Of a stretch of DNA of 64,000 nucleotides, positions 9,916 to 17,311 are shown piece by piece; the first letter of the stretch is position 1, and every line of letters begins with the position of its first letter. The stretch spans positions 48,353 to 112,352 of the forward strand of contig JAUSIS010000013.1 in the NCBI GenBank assembly GCA_030647355.1. The letters are read 5' to 3'. The notes beneath the pieces were generated by a model that had not been told where the DNA came from, made no database searches, and was given only the letters and a program-made list of their open reading frames with translations. The translations under genes were made by a program, and so were the position numbers. This stretch comes from a bacterium. GTDB lineage: Bacteria > Patescibacteriota > UBA1384 > VFKW01.

Positions 9916-11796
9916 TTAATAATCTAGATTCTCTATCAAATGATTTGGAATATCATCAATAAATCGAGAGCGAAAATTTGTTTGCACCCCGCCATAGACA
10001 ATTCTAGTCAAAGCATAAGTCAGATATAACCGCTTCATCGCCCGGGTAATTCCTACATAACACAGGCGCCTCTCCTCCTCCAACTCATGTTCATCCATTA
10101 AGCTGCGAGAATGCGGAAAAATCCCCTCTTCCATTCCTGCTAAAAATACAGTCGGAAATTCTAAACCCTTTGCTGAATGCATAGTCATCAGAGTCACAGC
10201 ATCCGCACTTTCGTCATAACTGTCAATATCGGAAATGAGCGCCGCTTGCTCTAAAAATTCATCCAAATTATCCAATAAGCTAGCTACATTCATCAGTTCC
10301 TCAATATTTTCCCATCTCCCCTGCCCCTCAATTGTTCCGTCTAAAATAAAATTCTTATATCCTGTCATATCTAGAACTAATCTAATCAATTCGCCAACCT
10401 TCACGCCCTTTGATTTTTCCCGTAACCCTTCAATCATCTTCCAAAATATTTGGATCTTTGGATTTTCACTTTGAGATTTGTCCGCCAGCTGGCGGATTGA
10501 ATTTTGAGCTTTTGGTCCTATTCCTCTGGACGGAACATTAATTATCCGGCGCAGACTTACTTCATCAAGCGGATTGACTATCACCCTTAAGTAAGCCAAG
10601 ATATCCTTTACTTCTTTTCGATCATAAAAGCGAAGCGCCCCGATAACTTTATATGGCACTCGCAGTTTCAACAAACTCTCCTCAAATATGCGTGATTGGG
10701 CATTTGTTCTATATAAAATAGCAAAATCGTTCAAGTTCATACCAGCTTGGCGCAACGCCAACATCTCTGAAATAATAAATTCGCTCTCTTCCTCTCCCGA
10801 TCGCCCCTGAAATACAACAATTGGCACTCCGATAACGTTATCTGTCCATAAGTCTTTAACTGTCCTGTTTCTATTTTTCTCAATGATCATCTGTGCTGCT
10901 TCCAGAATGTTCTTGGTCGATCGGTAATTTTGCTCCAACTTAAATACTTTTGCATCGGGATAATCTTTTTCAAAATTCAAAATATTCTTAAAATTCGCTC
11001 CCCTCCATCCATAGATTGCCTGATAATCATCTCCAACAACACAAATATTATAATGTTTATCGGCTAAAAGTTTTGTTAATTTATACTGCGCCTCATTCGT
11101 ATCCTGGTACTCATCTATCAAGATATATTTGAAAAGGGATTGATATTTTTCCAACACCTCCGGATTATTCTCCAGTAGCAAAACCGTCTGCATGATAAGA
11201 TCATCGAAATCCATTGCCTGCGAAACTCTCAAAGCGCTTTGATACTCTTTGTACACTCGCGTCACTATCTCTTGAAAATGACCATTGGCATACTTCTCAT
11301 ACTCCCCGGGGCCTAAAAGCTCATTTTTCGCTCCTGAAATAAACGAAATAACCGCTTGTGGCGAATATTGCTTTATATCAATCCCTAATTTCTTCATTAC
11401 ATTCTTGGTCAAAACCAATGAGTCTTGGCTATCATATATAGAAAAATTCGAACTGAATCCAATATATTTTGCCTCCCTCCTTAAAATCTTGACGCATATC
11501 GAATGAAAAGTACCCATCCAAGGAAGCTTGGAAATCCCAGATTGCCCCGTACCTGGACGGGAAATCGCAAGCAGCCGATTAACTCGATCAATTAATTCAC
11601 GCGCTGCTTTATTGGTAAAAGTTATAGCTAAAATATGATATGGCGAGACTTTTTTCATTTGTATTAAATATGCCATCCGATGAGCCAAACATCGGGTTTT
11701 ACCACTACCGGCCCCTGCCAATATTAAAATCGGGCCATCCCCGGCAATGACTGCCTCTCGCTGTTTTGTATTCAACTCGTTAAGTAAATCCGACAT
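9916..11796 (-). CDS. pcrA: ATP-dependent DNA helicase PcrA/UvrD (compact form)
   Basis: Walker A motif GAGSGKTR and UvrD helicase motifs I-VI (DEYQDTN, QNYRST, TMHSAKGLEF). It contains the in-frame palindromic-element insertion at 10470-10511. Confidence 0.85.
   Translation of the reverse strand: MSDLLNELNTKQREAVIAGDGPILILAGAGSGKTRCLAHRMAYLIQMKKVSPYHILAITFTNKAARELIDRVNRLLAISRPGTGQSGISKLPWMGTFHSICVKILRREAKYIGFSSNFSIYDSQDSLVLTKNVMKKLGIDIKQYSPQAVISFISGAKNELLGPGEYEKYANGHFQEIVTRVYKEYQSALRVSQAMDFDDLIMQTVLLLENNPEVLEKYQSLFKYILIDEYQDTNEAQYKLTKLLADKHYNICVVGDDYQAIYGWRGANFKNILNFEKDYPDAKVFKLEQNYRSTKNILEAAQMIIEKNRNRTVKDLWTDNVIGVPIVVFQGRSGEEESEFIISEMLALRQAGMNLNDFAILYRTNAQSRIFEESLLKLRVPYKVIGALRFYDRKEVKDILAYLRVIVNPLDEVSLRRIINVPSRGIGPKAQNSIRQLADKSQSENPKIQIFWKMIEGLREKSKGVKVGELIRLVLDMTGYKNFILDGTIEGQGRWENIEELMNVASLLDNLDEFLEQAALISDIDSYDESADAVTLMTMHSAKGLEFPTVFLAGMEEGIFPHSRSLMDEHELEEERRLCYVGITRAMKRLYLTYALTRIVYGGVQTNFRSRFIDDIPNHLIENLDY
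10470..10511. repeat. palindromic element inserted in-frame in pcrA (encodes AQNSIRQLADKSQ)
   Basis: Perfect palindrome tccgccagctggcgga at 10481-10496. The surrounding stretch of about 42 bp is near-identical to 43717-43760 inside nifS. Confidence 0.6.
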
Positions 11797-11975
11797 CTTT
11801 ACCTCATTAACCTAAATATTATAAATCAGCATCCCTAAAATTACCACTAAGATACTATTGTCAATAAAAAATAAGTGTGCTAAGTTGAAAACACTATGAA
11901 TAAAGTAACGACCCTCGGTCTAATTCTATTGCTTAAACTGACTTGCGCCAGGTGATTTTTTCATAGCAACCAAAG

Positions 11976-12007
11976 GAAAAACCGGCTGGCAAGCCGGCTT
12001 TTTGTTT
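11976..12007 (+). terminator. rho-independent terminator
   Basis: Hairpin ccggc-tggcaa-gccgg followed by ctttttgttt. Confidence 0.5.
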
Positions 12008-12075
12008 ATCCGTGGAGATCTCGCCACTATCGGGATCTCAACGAGGTTCACAAAAAAATTCGCCGGAGGGAAAAC

Positions 12076-12408
12076 TTGATAAACCAAAATGGACCATATT
12101 CAGATTTGCCGACCCAGCTTGTCCGCAGCTATCTCTGGATAAAGGGTTGCCGCTTGCCAGAATGGATCACTATCCCCCAACGCTCCAACCCATGTTGTAA
12201 TGGCAACAACTACGGTCATACCAACCTTACAGCCGCCAGCAATGGGGGCATCAAACCCCTAAACCGCGCCTACTGTCCTATCTGTGGTGCGATATACAGT
12301 AGAAGCGGCAAGACGATTCAGATTCATAACCCTAATGGGACAGGTACAAAAATCAAGATTCAAGTATTTGTCCCGACTGGACGAAGCGCTGCCGACAGAG
12401 CAGGCTAA
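12076..12408 (+). CDS. hypothetical Cys-containing small protein (TTG start)
   Basis: TTG start 5 nt downstream of ggaggg. 110 aa with a CPICG / CC motif. GC-rich relative to surroundings, and followed directly by a terminator. No homology recognised. Confidence 0.3.
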   Translation: MINQNGPYSDLPTQLVRSYLWIKGCRLPEWITIPQRSNPCCNGNNYGHTNLTAASNGGIKPLNRAYCPICGAIYSRSGKTIQIHNPNGTGTKIKIQVFVPTGRSAADRAG

Positions 12409-12423
12409 CATCCCAACCTCCAT

Positions 12424-12448
12424 GACGCCTTCGGGCGTCTCTTTTTAT
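12424..12448 (+). terminator. rho-independent terminator
   Basis: Hairpin gacgcc-ttcg-ggcgtc followed by tctttttat. Confidence 0.55.
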
Positions 12449-12591
12449 ACTATTGCATTATTTACGAAAGCTGATAATATATAAACACAATGAAAACTAT
12501 CTTATCAAGCAATTGGTTTTTCGGTTATTGGTTCTTTGGGCGCCACTCGACCAGTTGTCTTTGCATAAGTTAGATTAAATAACAATTCTGC

Positions 12592-12624
12592 AAAAAACTG
12601 GCCGGGCGGCCAGTTTTTATTTAT
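12592..12624 (+). terminator. rho-independent terminator
   Basis: Hairpin ctggccg-ggc-ggccag followed by tttttatttat. Confidence 0.5.
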
Positions 12625-12636
12625 CCATCGGGATCT

Positions 12637-12654
12637 ATCCGCCAGCTAGCGGAT
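12637..12654. repeat. palindrome family member (atccgccagctagcggat)
   Basis: 18-bp perfect palindrome with a gctagc centre, a variant of the ccgccagctggcgg family. It lies inside the 5' leader of the 12708 ORF. Confidence 0.5.
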
Positions 12655-12707
12655 CGGATCTCGACGAGATGAATAACCTTAATAATCAATCCCGCGGAGG
12701 AAAACGA

Positions 12708-13181
12708 ATGTCAACAGCCAGAACCAATACGAATCAGACAATTTTCCAAAAAGACGGGCAAACAGTCGCCGTTCTAGGAGAATTGGATCCAGAAACAACT
12801 CTGATCTACTGCCTTCCGTCTGCCGAATCTGTCCCCGCTCAAGTAGAAGATAACCCGAAGCTAGTTCTCGCCCCTGTCTTCCGCCCCATTCCTCACATCG
12901 AGCCGAAAGCATATGCTCGCCAAACCGAGGGCATAGTTCTTCTCCCTCTCAAAGTCGGCAATTACCAACTCAAAACCGTCGCCATCGAGCTCAGCCCGTC
13001 CTTAACCTCGCTTCCACCCCACCTCATCTTCGATGGCTACGACCACCCCAGGGGTAAAGACGGTCAAGTTTTCCGCCTGACCAGTCAATCAATCACTATT
13101 TTCAGCCTGAGAATCCACTGCGCCGTGGGTGAACGCCCAGTCTACCGACTTGAAGAAAAAAAGGAGGATACATCATGCTAA
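12708..13181 (+). CDS. hypothetical protein (GC-rich island ORF 2)
   Basis: ATG at 12708 preceded by ggagg at 6 nt. The upstream in-frame ATG at 12669 lacks an RBS. About 55% GC codon usage, unlike neighbouring genes. No recognisable domain. Confidence 0.45.
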   Translation: MSTARTNTNQTIFQKDGQTVAVLGELDPETTLIYCLPSAESVPAQVEDNPKLVLAPVFRPIPHIEPKAYARQTEGIVLLPLKVGNYQLKTVAIELSPSLTSLPPHLIFDGYDHPRGKDGQVFRLTSQSITIFSLRIHCAVGERPVYRLEEKKEDTSC

Positions 13182-13429
13182 CCAGTCAGGCAAATACCGA
13201 TACCAGCATTCCCCCCGAGGTCAGCTCCAAAGTCCATGAACTAAGTGTTCAATTCGCTCGTCTCTGCTCTTCCGACGACCCCCAAAGCCCAGCCAAACTA
13301 GTTGAGTCGCTGCGCGAGATAGTCCAGATCGCCGACGAATACCCCCAAGCCACGCCTGCAATCGCCAGGGCTCTCTGGCAATCCTGCCATCGCCCAACTA
13401 GAGCCGGCTGGGGAGGAAGCCCTCGCTGA
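13175..13429 (+). CDS. hypothetical protein (GC-rich island ORF 3)
   Basis: ATG preceded by aaggagga. Overlaps the upstream ORF by 7 nt, suggesting translational coupling. Followed by a terminator. Confidence 0.45.
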   Translation: MLTSQANTDTSIPPEVSSKVHELSVQFARLCSSDDPQSPAKLVESLREIVQIADEYPQATPAIARALWQSCHRPTRAGWGGSPR

Positions 13430-13461
13430 AGTCCTCTATCCAACTAACCCCCGCCCAGCTT

Positions 13462-13496
13462 TTCATCAAAGGGCTGGGCTTTTTTCATACAAAACA
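13462..13496 (+). terminator. rho-independent terminator
   Basis: Hairpin gcccagc-ttttcatcaaagg-gctgggc followed by tttttt. Confidence 0.55.
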
Positions 13497-13790
13497 AAAA
13501 GCGCGAAGTCGAATTGTCAGCCTAATAATATTTTAAATTAATGCTGTTCGTCGCGCTCTTTGTTTAATGAGACTACACTCCCTAGAATAACATGTCGTTA
13601 GCCTAAGAAGTCATCCCCCTCCTTACTTAGTAAGGAAAGGATAAACCAAATCACTTGGACTATCCCTTCATCACTACTTTTGTAAATGTTCCTTTTCAGT
13701 GAATTAAGATATCATATCAATACAGCAACCCCATGTCAACACCACCAGCTAACCAAACATTCAACCTTATAAAAATAAAACCTGCCTAAG

Positions 13791-13828
13791 TTATCCACAG
13801 GCAGTCATTACAGAAATAGTTATCCACA
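13791..13828. promoter_or_regulatory. two consensus DnaA boxes (TTATCCACA) 21 bp apart
   Basis: ttatccaca at 13791-13799 and 13820-13828. They lie in an AT-rich 350-bp spacer just 3' of dnaB. The palindrome tccgccagctggcgga follows at 13835-13850. Confidence 0.4.
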
Positions 13829-13853
13829 GTCAATCCGCCAGCTGGCGGACCGA

Positions 13854-15233
13854 CTATCCGCTTGCTGAAATTTTCCTGTGATCCAAATTGCCAAACTTCG
13901 TCTGTTCAGGAATAAAATAGAGCTTAATATCACCGATCGGACCATTACGATGTTTACGTACTAAAATATCTGCAATATTCTTATTTTCCGTTTCTTTATT
14001 GTAATAATCCTCGCGATAAATGAACATAACCACATCCGCATCCTGCTCGATACTTCCGCTCTCCCGCAAATCGGATAACTGAGGAATCTTTCTATCCCTC
14101 TGCTCCACTGCCCTTGATAACTGCGACAGAGCAACTACCGGAATATTCAATTCTCTGGCTAGTGCCTTCAGTGATCGGGAAATCTCCGATACTTCCTGGA
14201 CACGATTAGCATCATTCCCGTGAGAGCTTCGCCCCTCCATTAGTTGCAAATAATCAATAATTACCAAACCCAACCCGTGCTCAACCTGTAGCCGACGCGC
14301 CTTAGCCCGTATCTCCATAACCGAAAGCATCGGCGAATCATCAATAAATATTGGCGCTTCTGCCAGCTCTCCCATCGCTTCTCCGATTTTTCTAAAATCA
14401 TCCTCTGCTAGCTCCCCTTTTCTAAGCCTCCAGGAATCAACCCCCGCCTGCATACAAAGCAACCGATCCACTATCTGATCTCTTGACTGCTCCAATGAAA
14501 ACAAACCCACTGGCACCTTATGCTTAACCGCCGCATATTCAGCAATATTCAAAACAAAGCTGGTTTTACCCATACTGGGACGAGCAGCAATTATGACTAA
14601 ATCTGATTTTTGTAATCCGGATATCAATCCATCTAACTCCTTAAACCCTGTCGGTACACCCCTTAAAGTACCTTTATTTTTATGCAACTCGTCTATTCTA
14701 TCAAATGACTCCTCGAGTACCGATTTTATAGGAACAAAATTATCACTGGTAAATTTCTGGCTGATTGAAAATATAGTGCTTTCCGCTTTATCCAAAACCT
14801 CGGCAATATCGGCAGTTTCATTAAATCCCAGCTCAATTATTGTCGAAGACGCATGTATTAGTCGTCGAAGTGTTGCTTTATGACGAACGATCTCCGCATA
14901 CTTGGCAACATGCGCCGAAGAAGGTACTCCATTAACCAGCGAGGACAGGTACGCCGCTCCTCCTACTTCTTTCAGTTTTTTTCTTGTCTCCAGTTCATTC
15001 GTCAGAGTTACCAAATCAATTGGCGATCTTTTTTCAAATAAAACCAACATAATTTCATAAATCAACTTATGGTCATCACGGTAAAAATTCTCGCTATTCA
15101 AAATGTCCACTACTTTCAATATAGCGTCTTTGTCCAGTAAGATTGCCCCAAGAACTGACTGTTCTGCCTCAATATTTTGGGGGGGGATTTTAGAAGGCAG
15201 CTCGCTTTTCGCCACTAATCCTCCAAGCGTCAA
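13854..15233 (-). CDS. dnaB: replicative DNA helicase
   Basis: N-terminal PQNIEAEQSVLGAILLD. Walker A ARPSMGKTSF. Motifs typical of DnaB (SLEQSRDQI, GLVIIDYLQLM). Confidence 0.9.
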   Translation of the reverse strand: MTLGGLVAKSELPSKIPPQNIEAEQSVLGAILLDKDAILKVVDILNSENFYRDDHKLIYEIMLVLFEKRSPIDLVTLTNELETRKKLKEVGGAAYLSSLVNGVPSSAHVAKYAEIVRHKATLRRLIHASSTIIELGFNETADIAEVLDKAESTIFSISQKFTSDNFVPIKSVLEESFDRIDELHKNKGTLRGVPTGFKELDGLISGLQKSDLVIIAARPSMGKTSFVLNIAEYAAVKHKVPVGLFSLEQSRDQIVDRLLCMQAGVDSWRLRKGELAEDDFRKIGEAMGELAEAPIFIDDSPMLSVMEIRAKARRLQVEHGLGLVIIDYLQLMEGRSSHGNDANRVQEVSEISRSLKALARELNIPVVALSQLSRAVEQRDRKIPQLSDLRESGSIEQDADVVMFIYREDYYNKETENKNIADILVRKHRNGPIGDIKLYFIPEQTKFGNLDHRKISASG

Positions 15234-15297
15234 TTATTAATTCCACGATAACCATTCAAGCTTACTATGTCAAACATCCTTGCTTGGCCTTCAAGTC

Positions 15298-15326
15298 TTG
15301 ACATAATGTTCCAAAACATGTAATAT
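15298..15326 (+). promoter_or_regulatory. near-consensus sigma70 promoter
   Basis: TTGACA at 15298-15303, a 17-bp spacer, then TAATAT at 15321-15326, with a TG dinucleotide just upstream of the -10. Confidence 0.45.
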
Positions 15327-15333
15327 ATAATAG

Positions 15334-15556
15334 CTTATCTAGCCGGTAATACAGGTTAGGTCGGCACATGCTTGGTGTTAAATCACCAAATCTTCATCTA
15401 CACCCGAGAGATCGAGGTGATGCAACACCAAGCATCTAATACACCCAGCCGAAGGTATATTCTGCACTCATCCCTGCCCCCTTCGGCAAAATCCCCTGCT
15501 CGCCCCGTCTGTGGGGCTGGCCCGGCGCGCAAGCGCGCCGGGCCTCAATTTTTATT
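15334..15556 (+). ncRNA. candidate small structured RNA (about 220 nt; identity unresolved, SRP- or 6S-like possibilities)
   Basis: Bounded by the promoter above and a strong terminator (ggcccggcgcgc-aag-cgcgccgggcc plus T-run at 15519-15556). It contains a long imperfect hairpin atgcttggtgtt...aacaccaagcat (about 15368-15430). No plausible ORF. Convergent with dnaX. Confidence 0.35.
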
Positions 15557-15567
15557 AAAAAGCTTAG

Positions 15568-17166
15568 CTACTCTTCCATACCAAATACCTCAACTGCCGT
15601 TGACATTATCTCTTGCTCCATAACAGGCAACGGCTTCGGTAATTTATCGTCTATTAAACATTCTAATCTTAGCGGCTTTCCGCAAACTTCCAGAATCACC
15701 TTTTCAATCATCTGCTTATTTTTTCTATCATGCATTCTCTCGCTGTGGAATCTAAACCTTACCGCAATCACTACCTTATCACTTTCAAATGATTTCGCAG
15801 TAGCATCTTTCAGAAACGTATGAAGAGTCTGATTGATCGGTTTCATCTTCTCAACTATCGCTTCCCAGGCTCTTCTGTCATTTTCTATAACACTCGGGCT
15901 CTCGCCTTTCTTCTCATCAGACCCCGACACGCTATCAACATTCGCCGCCAAACCACCACTTGGTGTGTCGGATTCCACCCTCACAAGATCTTGGACCTTA
16001 ATCGGCTCGTTCATAACTAGCGTTACCTCTTTATTCCCTTGGTCAATCTTGGAAAATCTCTGCATCCAGTCAATCGCCAAAAGCTCCAGAGGTAATTGAG
16101 GTAAAAATGCCTTTTTAATATCCGGTATTGACCCAACTAGACTGTTCAGTAAAGCCAGCATTTCGCTAGCAGTAAATTGCATGCTGACTTTCGCCCACTC
16201 GCCTAATTCATCTTGAGTCCAATCTGAAGCAACTAATTCTTTTTGAACACCAGATTTTAAAAGGATTAACTTCCTTAGATCTTCAATAAGCTGGTTGGCA
16301 AAATATGCTAAATCCCCTCCCTCATCTTGAATAGTCTTCAACAAATCAACTAGTCCGGAAACATCTCCCGATACCAGCCGTCTCAAGAAATCCTTTACTG
16401 ATTCGCTTCGAGCCAAACCCAGAACCGACCGAACGTCACCCACTGTGATTTCGGCAATATTTGATACTGAAGCAACCTGTTCTAAAAGCGACAGAGCATC
16501 GCGGTAAGATCCATCTGCCATATTCGCCAAAAGCTCAATCGCCTCGTCCTCTATTTTCAGATTCTCGTCATGTATTACCTGCCCAATTTTCTGTTTAACT
16601 TCAGATAGTTGCCCCCGGTGAAAATCAAATCGTTGGCACCTCGAAACAATAGTCGGCAATACTTTATGCGCTTCGGTAGTCGCCAATATAAAAATCGCAT
16701 GCGCCGGGGGCTCCTCCAGCGTTTTCAGAATTGCATTAAATGCTTCCCGCGTTAACATATGAACTTCATCAATAATAAATACCTTAAATGGCGAGCTTGC
16801 CGGAGCAAATTTAATTTTTTCCCGTAGCTCCCTAATCTCTTCTATTCCTCGGTTGGAAGCCGCATCTATTTCTATCACATCCAGACTTTGTCCTGATGCA
16901 ATCTCACGGCAAGAAGTACATTGATTACAAGGTTCACCCAAATTCTTGCCTTTCTTGTCATGTTTATAATCAAGCGTACTGCAATTCAACGACTTCGCCA
17001 GTAGCCGCGCAGTCGTTGTCTTACCGGTTCCCCGAGGACCGGCAAATAGATAAGCATGCCCAACCCGACGAGTTTTCAGGGCATTTTTAAGCGTGCTCTT
17101 TATGTGTTCTTGGCCAACCAGATCGCTAAAAGTCTCTGGCCGCCACTTTCTGTAGAAAGAAGCCAT
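15568..17166 (-). CDS. dnaX: DNA polymerase III subunit gamma/tau
   Basis: Motifs LVGQEH, GPRGTGKTT (Walker A), the clamp-loader CxxC zinc module CNQCTSC, and DEVHML. Confidence 0.9.
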   Translation of the reverse strand: MASFYRKWRPETFSDLVGQEHIKSTLKNALKTRRVGHAYLFAGPRGTGKTTTARLLAKSLNCSTLDYKHDKKGKNLGEPCNQCTSCREIASGQSLDVIEIDAASNRGIEEIRELREKIKFAPASSPFKVFIIDEVHMLTREAFNAILKTLEEPPAHAIFILATTEAHKVLPTIVSRCQRFDFHRGQLSEVKQKIGQVIHDENLKIEDEAIELLANMADGSYRDALSLLEQVASVSNIAEITVGDVRSVLGLARSESVKDFLRRLVSGDVSGLVDLLKTIQDEGGDLAYFANQLIEDLRKLILLKSGVQKELVASDWTQDELGEWAKVSMQFTASEMLALLNSLVGSIPDIKKAFLPQLPLELLAIDWMQRFSKIDQGNKEVTLVMNEPIKVQDLVRVESDTPSGGLAANVDSVSGSDEKKGESPSVIENDRRAWEAIVEKMKPINQTLHTFLKDATAKSFESDKVVIAVRFRFHSERMHDRKNKQMIEKVILEVCGKPLRLECLIDDKLPKPLPVMEQEIMSTAVEVFGMEE

Positions 17167-17311
17167 TTCACCTCAAATTCTATATCCATCTAGCATGCAA
17201 CCAAATAATATAATATCTCACATCAAATAACAAAGATAGCTTTGTGGAAATCTAAGTCTATTGCGAACTTATACCCTACGCGATATACTGGTATTAGATT
17301 TAGGAGGGGCG

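Noticed and set aside
12010-12450. RNase P RNA or tmRNA in the GC-rich block between the two terminators
   Set aside because: I found only partial resemblance to the RNase P CR-I and CR-V motifs. The P4 helix strands are not complementary, and there is no tRNA-like T-arm. A TTG-start ORF with a strong RBS explains the block at least as well.
15372-15623. 83-aa plus-strand ORF
   Set aside because: It lies wholly inside the promoter- and terminator-bounded candidate ncRNA and the dnaX 3' end. It has no RBS, Pro/Ser/Ala-rich composition, and appears because the region is GC-rich.
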